Shown here: positions 24,633-38,235 of the stretch, one piece after another | Layout: each line of letters opens with the position of its first letter | How positions within the stretch are numbered: the stretch's first letter is position 1 | DNA from: Rozella allomycis CSF55 | Lineage: Eukaryota | Reading direction: 5' to 3' | NCBI GenBank assembly: GCA_000442015.1 | Contig: KE560523.1 | Location: 62,001 to 108,215, forward strand | Length of the DNA: 46,215 bases | Notes under the pieces: generated by a model | Databases searched by the model: none | What the model was told of the DNA's origin: nothing | The model's input: only the letters and a program-made list of their open reading frames with translations | Translations under genes and position numbers: made by a program

Positions 24633-25831
24633 TTAAAGATAACTTTTAATGTCCATTAGCATTTCTTCGATTTGAGTGTTGCATAATTTTTCGATTTCTT
24701 TGAGTTGAGGAGCAGATTCAGTGGTAATCAAGCTGATAGCAACACCTTTACGACCGAAACGACCACCATGGTTAAGACGATGAATATAGTTATCTTTGTA
24801 ACGTGGAATGTCATAGTTAATAACCAAAGCGCCTTGTTGAACATCAATTCTACGAGCAAATAAATCAGTAGCAATCAAAATACGGCATTGCCCAGATATA
24901 AATTCTTGCAAATTAGTATCGCGACTATTTTGATCCATGTCTGAATGATATGCCGAAGCAGTGTAGTTCCGATCTTTAAGTATATCAGTCAAATAATCAA
25001 CCTTTTTGCGTGTATTACAGAAAACAACAGCTTGGGTAACTGAAATACTTTCACAAAAATCAGTAAAGGTTGGAAGTTTGTGTTCTTCTCTTTCAACGTT
25101 TATGTAGAATTGCTTAATATCTTCTAAAGTCAAATCATCCCCCTTAACTAAAATACGGATTGGATCACGCATAAATTGCTTGGTAACTTCCAAAACATCA
25201 GTTGGCATCGTGGCGGACAATAAAACAACTTGGACAGATTCAGGAAGACGTCGAAAGATTCCATGGGTTTGTCCAGTACACCCCTTATATAAAATTTCAT
25301 CGGCTTCATAAAGAACAAACATCTTTAAATTATCAGTTCTTAACGCCCCGCGCTTAATCATATCCAAACACGTCCCGGAGTCCCAACAACCGCATGAACT
25401 CCAGCTTCCAAGCGCTTCATATCATCCCTTGCTGAAGTACCACCTATACATGAATGACTTTCAACGTCTAAATAGCTTCCAAGAGATGCCAACACCTTTT
25501 CAATTTTTTGTGCCAATTCTCTTGTTGGTGCCAACAATAAAGCTTGGCAATGCTTAATAGATGTATCTATTCTTTCCAAAATCGATATACAAATGGCGGA
25601 CGTTCTGCCTTTTCCATATGGAGCTTGTGCAATAACATTGTGCCCACATGTAATTGGGACAATAGAACGTTGCTGAATAGGAGTAGGTCTTTCAAAGCCA
25701 TACCCATAAATGCCACGTAAAAGTTCTTCCTTAAGGTTCATGTTGACAAAGTCATCAACATTTTCTTTCCATTTCGTCTCTAATACATTCACTGCGACAT
25801 TATTATAATGTTCTCCAGAATCAAAAATCAT
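24633..25831 (-). pseudogene. Intronless, frameshifted and motif-degenerate eIF4A copy (probable processed pseudogene)
   Basis: Clear eIF4A homology ([34 protein letters not shown]). 1-nt frameshift near 25365; motif I reads APYGKGRT, DEAD reads YEAD, motif VI reads HRLNHGG. Confidence 0.75.
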
Positions 25832-26010
25832 GGTTGAAAAAGCCGGTAAGGCGCAGCAATCTGATCTAAGATTGTTCGATTTTAAAGTAGCTTTTTAAGA
25901 CTTCTGTCTGCTAGGCTTACCTTAAAATGGCTAATGAGTGTATTGTGTATTACCAATCATTATTAATATTATATGTTAGTTTAAATAAATAGTTTATTGA
26001 TAATTTTAAT

Positions 26011-29000
26011 CTACTTGTAAAATTTCTTATTGATGAGAAAAATGAGCAAATTGACATTAATTTTAGCGACATCAAATAAAGTCATTATATTTTCATTGTT
26101 AAATTGTCTTTGAAGGAGATCTTCTAGTCTTAATTCTTCCGATAAGATTTCTTTCAATCCCAACAATGAACCTTTGATGGTGAATATTCCAGGTTGATCT
26201 GAAGAAATTGTTAGAGTGATTTTCTTAAACCTAAATGAAATATTTCAAAGTTGGTTACTTTGATTCCGAAATATCTGAAATTGAAACCAGAACACCTTTC
26301 TTGTGTAGATGATCAGCAGTGTATTTGTAAGAACCAAATTTTGGAACTTTGCCATCTTTTCGAAGTTGTTTTAAATGAGAGTATTGTTTTGTAAAAGGAA
26401 GAATGATCTTGTTTGATTTTTTAGAATTTTTAGAATAGATTGAAAAGCAAGATTGAATGTAATCTAGATAGGATTCACATTGTTGGTCTAAGTATAAAGA
26501 TTTTTCATTTAAACTGTTTAAAGTTTTCCTTAGGCTTGATAATTCTTTTTGCCTTTGAAGTCTCTTTTTATTTTGCTGTCGAATATCTTTGGCGATTAAT
26601 TTCAAAATTTCATTGTGGTTTTTATCATCAGAAATAATATTTCTTTGTTTCAATTCTTTCAAGTTTATTTTTATTTTATTTTTTAAATCTTTCAAAGTTG
26701 TAAATTTCGTTAAATCAGTTGTACTTTTTTTGAACATATTTTCGTCAGATGCCATGATATCTTTATGTTTTCTAGTTGCTCTCATTTCTTCAAATAATTC
26801 TTCATCTTGATCTGTTGTTTCTTTGTCTAAAATCTCTTGCAGAGTTTTTCCATTCTCAACTCTTATGAGGGAAAGAATTTGCATTTTTGTTTCCAAGAGA
26901 AGATTTTTATTAAATTCTTCGCCAATTCCTTTAATGAATCCGCTTTTGAGTGACAAGGCTTTTTCATGGCGTTTCATTTCCTCTGTTGGTTCAGGACAAT
27001 TTCCAATTTCTTTTAAAAGATAATTTAAAGCTTCATCTGAGTCATTAATTATTTCATGTTGATGATCTAGAAGAAGTTTATGAGTGTAGAATATTTCAAA
27101 AGAAGATAAATAGATTATTGGCTTATGAGTGTTTGCCAAATCTTTAAATTCATCAATTTCAAAATATTCATTAATATCAACAATCTTAATAGCTTTTTCA
27201 ATGAATTCAAAAAAGATTTGACTCTTTTCAGCCACAAAGTCATTCAATGGAACTAGATAGTCTAATTCCTGAGTAAACATCTAAATTAAAGTAAATTTGC
27301 GTTAATTACTTTATTAGTTGAAATATGTTGTAAAACTTTTGAAACTTGGGCTAAATTTAATCTATCTACTTGACTAATCCCAGCCACATTTTCAATGACA
27401 TCAAAAGCTTCAGGAGAAACAATTGCAGGGTTTATGTAACGATAATAAATCAAATTTCCGATTATTTTTAATAAGGTTTGATTGTCTTGATTAGGAAATT
27501 TGTCTCTCAACTTTAGATATGCAATGGAAGCAATGTAGCGCATTCCAAAGGGCATTGAATCTAAAGAAGAAATTAAAGAGTTGAAAAATTGAAGCGAAAT
27601 ATTTTTTAAACGATCCACGTGCGAATCAAAAACATTTTTAACGTGTGGATGATTTATTGCTTCAGAGTGAGAAACTTCATAAGGGAGACAACTTTTTTCG
27701 CCTGTTCTGCTTTCTTCTTCTTTAATCATTTCTCTATAAAGAATAATTGGATCGGTTATTAAACTACAATCTCTATCATTTATTATCAATTTAACAAGGG
27801 GATTCAATAAATCTCTTAAATATTCTCGTTCTTTAGCCCCTCTAATGTGAATTAAAATCAATCTAATGAAAATTGGATTTCCTTTAATTATTTCTTGAAT
27901 ATCTTCAACACCCTGGATTTCTAAATCAAACATTTCCTTTATTTAATTAAATATACAAAGTTTACTTGAATTAATTTTAACAATAAATATTCTTCTCTAG
28001 AGTTTTGTGCATATCCAAACAGAGAAAGGCAAATTGATTCAATAAACGATTTAACTTTATTTTTATCCATTGAAATCATCAATCTTGATAAATATTTTGG
28101 CTCTGTTTGTAAAATATAAAATAATTCTGAATATTTGCAAATCAACTCATGATTCTCTTTATCAAACGTTTTCAAATTTGATCCACTTGGATTTTCACTA
28201 AATTTCTTCTTTTTCGTTGATTTCACAACTTCTTCTATCGTTATTCTATTTTTAACCAGCAATGCAATCTTTATATCTAAATCACTAATCTTTTCTTCCT
28301 TTTCTGAATTCTCTCTAATCATTCTCACGACTTGCTCCCTCAACGTTTCCAATTCCATTTCGTCATCCAAATCAGATCCATCTTTATCCAAAAGTTGTAC
28401 AAAATTCTGTACAACTTTAACAGTCGGTGCTTCTTCTTCTCTCAGCGCTTTATATGCTTGTCTTGCAAGCTGTGATTTCAAAAACGTTTGTATCTTTCTA
28501 CTAGCTAAATCTCTTTCTTTCATATACTTTTTCTCTTTTAAATATTTATTCCTGGCCAAATATTGTCTCGCTTTGCTCTGCAAAAGAAAAACATTAGGTT
28601 CGAAATTTCGTAAATCATTCTTGGTCACAATCTTGCTCTTGACCAACATTCTTCTAATGTGACACTGCATGGCAATTAATGCACTTTTAGTAAAGTCTTT
28701 TTCTGCCAGTTTGTTAATCTTTTCTTCCTCTGATTCAAGTGATTGCTGCAATGCCTGTCCAACTGTTGAAAACTCTGGCAATAAAGTTCCAGCTTCATCA
28801 AGTTGCCTTTGTTTCTCATCCAATTCATCACTCGTAAAATCTATCTTTCCTAACAGATTTCTCAATGCCGGCGCCTGGCCCTTGTCAAACAAATAATGTC
28901 TATTAATCATTTTACATCTCATTACCCTAATGCATGGATACAATATATCACCCTAGGCATATTCTTTGATTCATACAAATCAATAGTCTCAAAATAAAAC

Positions 29001-29516
29001 ACCTATTTCAAATTCAAAACTTTCATACCTCAGGCAATCCTATTTTCCTCAAAAATGCAAGAAAGAAATAAATATTATCTGTATGTCTATATTGCAAATT
29101 AGGAGCCTATCTAAAAGATCTTTAACTGGTACCTCAAATATTTTTTTCACAATATTAGGTTCAAATGATTTTGCCAATTTCGCTAAATAAACTCTTTCTT
29201 TAATTTCTAAACTATTTACCCATTCTTTAGTTCCGTTTCTACTTGCGTAGTGGGTCCCATATCTATTTCAAGAATGGCTTCTATCCATCTTTCAAATGAA
29301 ATGTTTAGATTTACTCCTTTGCTTCTTCTATATGACACAGGTATTCATACGCTTGAAGGGTTTCTCTTGTTTCATCCATCCACACAGGACTCGTTGGTTG
29401 ATCAGCATTTCTTTGCAACTTTTTTCTGCCCTTGAATCCTAGTAATTTTATAAAAATTGCATTAATTTACCAAGTGCGTCTGGTAAATCAGCAGTATGTT
29501 CGGCGGGTTCAATCAT
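26011..29516 (-). CDS. IQGAP (Iqg1/Rng2-like): CH, IQ, RasGAP-related and RasGAP_C domains
   Basis: AYEYLCHIEEAKEWIE, LKNGVYLAKLA, YYRYINPAIVSPE, KFGSYKYTADHLHKKGVL, KINVNLLIFLINKKFY; ~9 introns. Confidence 0.95.
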
Positions 29517-29746
29517 TACTCAATAACGTAATTATAGTGCGACAAGCCACGGTGTATAAAGTCAAATGAAAGAAATTAACACGTTTAGCTGACAATTATA
29601 ATATGAAAGAAATTAGAACATTTAGCTCAAATATTTGATTCTAATGTATAATACATAAATTTACTTGATTCTTCGTGTTTAAACATTTAGATTCATTGAC
29701 TTTTTGTCTTCATTGCCGATATTTGTATTAGTTAAATTTGAAAGTA

Positions 29747-30786
29747 TCATTTATTTTCAACATTATAGTCGTAAAATCCTCTGCCAGTCTTCTTCCCTAA
29801 CCATCCAGCCTCAACATATTGGACCAACAAAGGACAAGGTCTATATTTGGGATCACCTAACTGAGAGTGAAGGACCTTGCATATAGCAAGGCAAGTATCC
29901 AGTCCGACAAAGTCCGCCAAGGTAAGGGGGCCCATAGGAACATTAGTGCCCGATTTCATTGTGGTATCAATGTCTTCTTTTGTTGCGATTCCCTAAATTG
30001 AATCTCAAAGAATTTTACTTCGTACAACGCGAAAATAGCTTCATTAATATAGGGAATCAAAATCCTATTGGCAATGAATCCGGGAATATCTTTGGAGACT
30101 GTTGTCACTTTTCCCATTTTCTTGGCGATCTCTATAGTTTTATTGAGTGTTTCCTTGGAAGTACCCAAACCAGGTATAANAGAAGTACCCAAGCCAGGTA
30201 TAACTTCGACAAGTTTCATAACCGGGACATTCATTTAGTTAATTCTGTTATTACCTGGATTCATAAAGTGCATTCCAATAACTTTTTCAGGTCTTTTTGT
30301 GACGGAAGATATCTTTGTAATGCTTATTGATGAAGTGTTTGATGCTAAGATGCAGTTTTTATCTGTTATAGAATCTAGTGTCTTGAAAATGTTTTGCTTC
30401 AATTCAGTGTTTTCACTTACAGCCTATTACATGCGATTAAAATATATACTTCAATGATCATTTCGCAATCAGAAAGATCGCCAATGGTGTTCACAATTTT
30501 CCTTCTTGAGCGTATTTCATTCACCTCATCAACCCTTAGTTTACCCTTTTCAACATTCTTATTTAACAATTTGTCTATTCAAATTAAATAAAATAATTAC
30601 CCATAAATAAACATTGTTGATTGAGTTGCTGAGGATTTGCATCAAAAATTGACACTTGGAGCTTTGCATTTGCTAGAGCTACTTGGGCTATTCCTATGCC
30701 CATTTGACCAGCACCGACAATACCAAGTTTATGGATCTTTAACTATTCACATTAAAGTTAATTACAAAGCGCTTTTGGGTAAACAT
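29747..30786 (-). CDS. 3-hydroxybutyryl/3-hydroxyacyl-CoA dehydrogenase
   Basis: [44 protein letters not shown] (needs GT-TG intron 30228-30254), [31 protein letters not shown]. Confidence 0.95.
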
Positions 30787-30874
30787 TTTGAAAATTTCGA
30801 ATAATATTTCATAATGTTGTCCCTTTAGCAGTTTTGAGTACAGATATATTTTACACTTGTTGATATTTAACAAC

Positions 30875-30947
30875 GGCTAGTTGGCGCAACTGGTAGCGCA
30901 ATCGACTCCAGATCGATAGGTTACAAGTTCGAGTCTTGTACTGGTCA
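30875..30947 (+). tRNA. tRNA-Trp (CCA)
   Basis: Cloverleaf: GGCTAGT/ACTGGTC acceptor stem, GCGC D-arm with TGG, ATCGA-CTCCAGA-TCGAT anticodon arm, GTTCGAGT T-loop. Confidence 0.95.
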
Positions 30948-31210
30948 TTTATTTGATTTTGAAAAAAATTCTATTTGATGGTTATGTTAACGCCATTTTA
31001 AAATTTTAAGTGTTTAACTTCGAGTACAGTACAATTGAAGCGGTTTGTGGCCAACCGCCAACTGTTTTGTATACTGGTTCAGCCTTCTCAAATATATGGC
31101 ATGGGCATTCAATGGCAAAAAAATAGTTATAGGACAATACATAATTGTGCATACATATATACATTAAAGTAATTGTTTTCATTTAGATTTACGATTTTCG
31201 AAATTTCTAA

Positions 31211-34200
31211 ATGACCGTCACCCAAGATGATCTCGAAAAAGAATTATTCCCTGGTGTGAATTCTACGTATGGCACGAAAAATGAATATTTAATATGGTCA
31301 TCTACTGTTGTCGAAGATAATTCATCAATCGTAGGAGCAATGTTGATTTTATGAATAGACAGCGGAAACAAATCCTTTTGAGGCTACCAAATATAAAAGA
31401 AATTTATGTTTAACAAGTAATAATAACATATTAGTTTTTTAGCTATTAAAGAAACCAACACTATGAAGCTAAATAAAGTGAAACAATTGTCTGACAAGAC
31501 GTTGACAATTATGAAGTCTTGGAAAATAGATGAGTTGAAAGGAATCACTTTGTTACAGGTAATTGTTTAAATAATATTTAATAGTCCAACAAGATTTCGT
31601 TTGAATTTAACAAGCCAAGCGTGTTTTACACAGAAAGTTATGAGCAAACAATTAATATAATATTTACGTTCATTACAGTATTAAAATCATTAAAAGTTTT
31701 ATAAAGACTTTTCAGAATTACATGAAAAATACAAAGTTAGTTTTGAACAACATCACCGAAAAGGAAGTGATTGACATTGTAAAACAAAACGCCAAAGAAA
31801 AGGCGGGATCGAAGATTATTAAAGAAGAATCTAAAGAGATTAATAATTATTCCAAAGAAGAAGATAAGTTTGACATTCAAAAATTATTTGAATCCTTTAA
31901 TTGGGAGGTTAATGATCCAGCAGAATTAGAAGACATCCTTGAGAGTGAACTGAAAGCTTTAGAAGCTGCAAATGTTTACGCATTACTTGAAGGTGAGAGA
32001 AAAAATAAAGAAATAATGTCACACATTGATTCTGGCTTGGTAGAAATGGACACTATTGACTCCATGCTTAACACTTATGCTACACAGCTAAATGTAAGGC
32101 GAAATTATTAAAATTAAAAGTTAATTTCTGAAGAAATACAGCAAATAGAAACGTTGAATAAAGGACTTCAAATTCATATTGCTAATCAGCAAAAATTGGA
32201 CATGGTCTTGGATGACTTTTTGGTATAAATTAAATTTATATATTAAGAGTTAAAACTTTACATACCTGACGACATTCTTACTTCTTTGGAAAACGAATCG
32301 TTGGAAACCGATCAAGGGATCTTAAATTTAGAAGAAACGACGATCGTTCTACGTGACACGTTGAATACCACATTTGCTTCAGGTAACTAATGATGACCCA
32401 AATAATAGGACTCCAAGGTCTTGCAGCAGTCACAGAGCGCATGGAATTGTACAGAACATCTGCATTTCAATTCAGCAACAGATTGTTCGATTGTCTGAAG
32501 CGCCACATAAAAACATTAATTGATCAAGCGATGCAAGAGAAAAGGTTTTCCAAAAAGGGTCAGTTAAGAATGTTAGCTCATGATTTTGCATACGAGAAAT
32601 TTTCGAAATATCGCCGCCTGATTCTATGGCTAAGGGATATTGAACCGCGCAGACATTTAGATTTGCAAGTTGTAAAAATAAATCAAAAATTATTATCAAA
32701 GTTATATCAGAGTGAATTTAACACGCTTTACAAAAAAGAAGTACGCGATTTGTTGGAAGCATTACGTGTTTATCATTTGAGCAAAAGAGAAGATGACGAA
32801 GCATGTAAAATGCAATATTTCCTTTGATAGTTTTTTCAACAAATTCTCAACTTTTGACATTACCTTCACTGCCTTTTACTGGAACTAAAGGGATATTTGG
32901 ATCTATGAGTGCGCTAAGAAGTTCAACGCATTCTAAAGGAAGTAAGAAGCTGGAATTCAAATTCCTTCAACTCTGACCTTGGAGTTGAGAAGCCAATCGA
33001 AATTGGTCCCGAAGATAAAGTTCCACTCGACATAGTAATATCAATATTTGTCATTTAAAAGGCTCTAAAACTTGTTTTCAATTGTATTTTTCCAATTATT
33101 TTAAAGGAGAGAAACTTTTGCATCAATTTATTTCATGCGGAATCTGATAATAACATTGCGATTAGGAATGAAGAATTAAAGAGTATTAAGGTATCTAAAA
33201 GGGTGAATTCTCTGCTTGAAGGATTGTTCGAAGGAACCAAAGCAGATATTGATTCGTTTATTGATTCTTGTTTAAAAATAGATAACACGTAATTTGAATT
33301 ATTTGTGATATTTTAGATTTTGTATTTCAATGCTAGTTGAAGTTGAAAATGAAATCAAAAAGGAAAAAGGAGTCGATTTAATTACCGAAATTTTGGAATC
33401 TATAAAAGCTAAATTGATTTCTTCATATGATAAATTTTTGGATGAGCAAGTTTCTGCTATTGAAAATGTAAAGTTTGATGCAAAGAAGCGTTCTGGAATT
33501 CTCCACACTATAAGGGTGTTTCCATTATATGTTGATAGAATGGAGAGTATATTGGGCAAATCAAATGAATCAAGCAGAGAATTAGTTAATAAATCTTATG
33601 AACGTTTTGGCAAAGCCATTTTTGTACACTTGGAAGCAGTTGTCAAATCGATTGATTCATTTGAGGAGAAGGAACAATTAAATATACACATACTCAATAT
33701 TGGTAATTCTCTTATTCATAATTAATAGAAAATCATCATCATTTATTTACAAGATTAAGAGCATCTTCAAAGGCATATTCAATTGAGAAATTCGTTAAAG
33801 ATTCCAAAGCAATTTATGACCAGCATTTGTCCATTTATTGCAAAACATTAATAAAAAAGAATATTGGAAAGCTAATTGTAATTAATTTGTTTCCAAGTTA
33901 TGGTAGGAATTCTTTGATGGAGTGAATGATGTTGTTCGTTTAAACAGTGCTGAAGAAGTCACATTTCATGTTAATTACAATAAAGCAAATGCCAAGAAAG
34001 TTATTTCTCAATATCCCTTAAAGGTAAGTGTTTATCAATTTCACCAATTAGGAATTTAAAAAGCTATTAGAAAATCTATACAAGAAAGTAGATAAACACT
34101 TTAGCGACGATGAAGGATTGATTCCTGTTGTATGGAGACATATTCAAGATGAACTGTTAACTAAATATAAAACCATGTCAGATCTCATTAGCAGGTGTTA

Positions 34201-34276
34201 TCCTGATTCCGACCTCTCGCTTAATTTTTCAATTAGCGATATTTTGAATATTTTTACTGAATTGGCAACTAAATAA
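31211..34276 (+). CDS. SEC3: Exocyst subunit Sec3/EXOC1
   Basis: N-terminal PIP2-binding-like region (MKSWKIDELK), ELKALEAANVYAL, IETLNKGLQI..NQQKL, KKRSGIL, LYKKVDKHFS..VVWRHIQ; ~14 introns. Confidence 0.92.
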
Positions 34277-34317
34277 ATATAAAGTGTATTTTTTGTATAT
34301 TTTGGGGTGGCTAAACC

Positions 34318-37109
34318 ATGGAAGTCTCTGACTTGAGGGAACGTTGCATAGAGGGTTCAGAGGAACCAGATTTTGACTCTATAATGTCTAATTTTTTCAT
34401 GTTTTCAACAACAGATGTAAAGGAAAAGAACGAACTTTTTCGATTTATGCTCGACTATTTTTCTAAAAGACCAAGTAACTTTATTAGAAAATGAATACAG
34501 AAAATTATATCAAAGCACATGAGCCAGTTTCGTTTATTTTAACCAGAGAATTGGAAACGAACGAAGCATTTGTGATGAAAAATGTTTGCCTATTTTATCG
34601 GGAGCTTATACTTAAATTGGATGATTCAGGAATAGAAAGAGTTTTAAAGAAATGCTTTGAATTGTTAAAGCCTTGTCCTGCCAAGAAACATCAATCTTAT
34701 GTGATTACGATATTACGTGATTTGGTATTTCATGATGCTACGTATGTGAGCCCAATTCTGTCATTTATGAAACACCAGTTATCCTATTCAGTGTACAATG
34801 GATTGCTGAATGTTATATTTTTTATTTCGAGAGCGAAACCTAAAGTGCTCAGTGAAGTTGTTCCAGTCCTTTTGAATGCATTTGAGAATCCACCGACGTA
34901 TTTTAATGAGAAACAAACAGAATCAATCATTCATTTACTCTATTTACAATTGAGAGGGTTATTGAAATTACCTGAATGTTCTCTTTATGAGGCATTAATT
35001 AGTGATACTTTTCAAAGAAGAAAGAGAGAAAGAGATGATGATTGGGAAGAAGAAATGGAGGAAGAAGTTCCATTATTGAAGAAACGAAAGCCATTAGTTA
35101 ATTTTGAAATATTGAAAGATCTTCCAATAAATATTTTGATTCAAGTGATTTTGTCTGAAATAGAAACGTTGGATTTGACTCTAGTTAAATTAACTGAATT
35201 GGATGTTGATAAGGGAATGATCACTAATGAAGCTGTGATTAAAGAAACAATGACTATGATAGAAGATTATGTAATTTTTATAACAATTGTTAATAAAGAT
35301 GAAACCAGTTGAAGTTGATTTTCATTTGAAGGGTATGGATCCATTAGAGCCTGAAGAGTCTTGGAAACAAATGAAAATGGCACTTTCAAGAATTTTAGAT
35401 CAAGAATACCCAATGTCAGTCACTTATAAACAACGTGACTTTTGGATGAAACAAGTGTTGCAGTTGTTTTGCGTAATTGTTGAAATTGGTAATAATTTAT
35501 TCAAACTGTTTTATTTTAGAAAATATAAATATTAAAGAGTTAAATGAATTCATGTTAAACCATTTCCTTCAAGACCTTCGTGTTCGATGTGACTTGGTTT
35601 TGACGTGGCTTCATATCATAAATGTCCATTTTCCAAGTGAATATGAAGATTTGACAACCAAATTATTAATAAATGCTGCCACTACTCTGGATCCAAAAGA
35701 CAAAACAATTACAAGATTGTTGCTTGAACTACCCCGGTTCATGAATGACCCCTGTCTTTCGGTTACCTTTTATTTTTTGATTGACAATGCAAGGTAAGGA
35801 TTCCTTTTTAGACTCAATTAAAGACTTCCATTGGGATTAGCAACATTAAGAGAGCTATTTGTTAACAGACCAGTGTTGATTAAGACATTACTACCCTTGC
35901 TAGCAAATATTTGTTCATCTAATGATAAAATGAAAAGAACATCAGCGATTATTCTTGTAAAGAAATTTTTTCTGGAGAGCGATGAACTCTTTAATGAACT
36001 TTACAAGATATCGTTAGATTTCTTTGATTGCTTAAGACAACCTATTCCCCCAAAGATTAATAAAGAATTAAACTTTAAAATGTTATTGGAAGTGAAAGAT
36101 GAATCTGATAATTTACTAGAAGAGTGGACAGAATCTGAAGTTTTAAGATATTTGGAATTAAGTCTTGTTTTATGTATGAAAAAACATGAATTATTATTGG
36201 ATTTATTTAAATTATATTCTGACATTGATAATGAAGTTGTTCATAAAACTATTAGAACTCAAATGACTGTCGTTGTAAAGTCCATGGGAATGAATTTGCA
36301 ATCGCTGGAACTTTTATTATCTAAATTTCCTGAAGGTTCTGAATTAGTTGTTTTGCGAATGTTGGTTATTCTAACAGATAAAGAAAAAGCTTCAAAGGAA
36401 TTAGTGACCCTGGTCATTGATGCTATTCAAAATAGAAATTTGGATTCCAGATTTTTTGTCCCAATTTTATCTTCAATGAATAAAAATCAAATTTTGAAGA
36501 ATCTTTACAGAATAGTTAATGTGGAAACCAAAACATGCAAGGAATTATTGCAGCGTATTTTGGACTCTGGAATTCTTTCCCCAGCAGAGTTGATGGTTTC
36601 TTTACATGGAATCGAAAATGAACTTGGGTTAAGAAAGACAATGGAAGCTGTTGATGTTTGTTTTGAAATATCAGAATCTTTTCCTTCAGATATTTTGGCT
36701 GCTGTTTTGCAAAGAATTGCAGATCAAACAGATCTTCCAACTTTATTCTTCAGAACAGTAAATATTTTCATTATCTATTCTAGGCTATTCAAAGTGTTAC
36801 TCTTTTCAAAGATCTTAATGGATTCGTTGGAAATTTATTGGCTAGATTGATAACTAAAAAGGTTTGGACAAACCCAAGACTATGGGAAGGATTCATTAGA
36901 TTATCAAAAGTAAATCAAAATTTTTATTGTCATAGATTATTTCACATCATTCGTTGGTCGCAATATCTCAATTGCCAGCAGCTCAGCTAAAAGATCTTCT
37001 AGAAAGATCCCCAGAATTCAAAGATAAATTAAAAGTTTGGCTAGGAAAGAAGAATAGATCTTCCAGATTCAAAGCTATTTTGGATCTCATTGGTGATGAT
37101 GTAGAATAA
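34318..37109 (+). CDS. Symplekin/Pta1-like 3'-end processing scaffold
   Basis: LSPAELMVSLH, LPTLFFRTAIQS, LITKKVWTNPRLWEGFIR, QLPAAQL; 6 introns. Confidence 0.88.
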
Positions 37110-37147
37110 ATTCATTTTAATTAATCAAACTTTTTTATTTCACTCTC

Positions 37148-38183
37148 TTACTTTCTGGTAGCGTATGATATATATTCTGGTGTTGCGTAATCATAATTAG
37201 ATTCACTAAACCATGTCTTTGAATTCTTAAAAATGTAACTTGTAAATCTCATTAAACTCAAATTACTCTACAAAATCTTCCAAATAACTTTTAATCTTTT
37301 TTCCTTCAGCTTCCTCAACGTTAGCGGATGCCATCAGCATTGGGAATTTCACTATCTTCCCTTCAAACAAAGTTTTACCAATCAATCTCAATAAATGTTC
37401 TGGACCATAAATTTGTGACATTGGAAGGTTTGGATGCTTTTTAAATACTTCAAAATATTGTTGGCGCTCAAATCTGTACAGCAAAATTGTTCCAAGACAT
37501 TTATCAAAATATAAATGCAATCCTTTGATAAACTCAATGAATTCGTCCTTTTCCTTTCTTTATCAACAATGAAATTATATTCTACTCATTCATACTAGGC
37601 GTTTTTGATATTCTGTATTCATCTAAAATGTGTGAAACAGTTGGATTTCTTGGCAAAGATAACAATCTTTGCGTTTTGGTTATATATTCCCATTCATCAA
37701 CAAGTACAAGCTTCAAAGCTTCGGGTATATCAAACTTGAACACTGCGGTATTCATCCTAGGTGGTTCATCTTTATTTCCATCTTTCAATCACATACCCTT
37801 TTCCTTATCTGGTTGACTCTTCTGTGGTCCATCAGTAGCACCATTATTTTTTACAAAGTATGTCTGCTTCAAATTCTTTTGCTGAATAATATTTTCTTCA
37901 TTAAACTTCAAAAGTCTGTCTTCAGGTACCCATTCATCCCAACTTTTCACTTGAATTATTTCCTCTTACCTGCTTTTCCACCCCTTATAATGCACAAAGT
38001 AATAAACACCATCGTCCAACTCGGCATCGTCTACAGCCAGTTTTCTGTTCGAAATCTCTTTTGGTCAAAAATAGTCGTTACTTTGGCCTCATACATCAAA
38101 GGACCGTGAAAACACAACACCCTTTCATTAACTTCGTAATTGAAATCCACATCTTGTCCTGTACTACTTTCCTCCTTTCCCAT
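37148..38183 (-). CDS. EAF3: Chromo-barrel + MRG domain protein Eaf3/MRG15
   Basis: ERVLCFHGPLMYEAK, YFVHYKGWKSSWDEWV, LLYRFERQQY, YGPEHLLRL; 6 introns. Confidence 0.95.
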
Positions 38184-38235
38184 TACAGTCCTCTTTAAAG
38201 TCTTAAACTTAGCCACGAGTATCGACTTGAATTTA

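Noticed and set aside
31040-31135. Telomerase-RNA-like pseudoknot (CTGTTTT..CAG..AAAAAAATAG)
   Set aside because: Only superficial resemblance; no CTAACCC-type template nearby and weak pairing.
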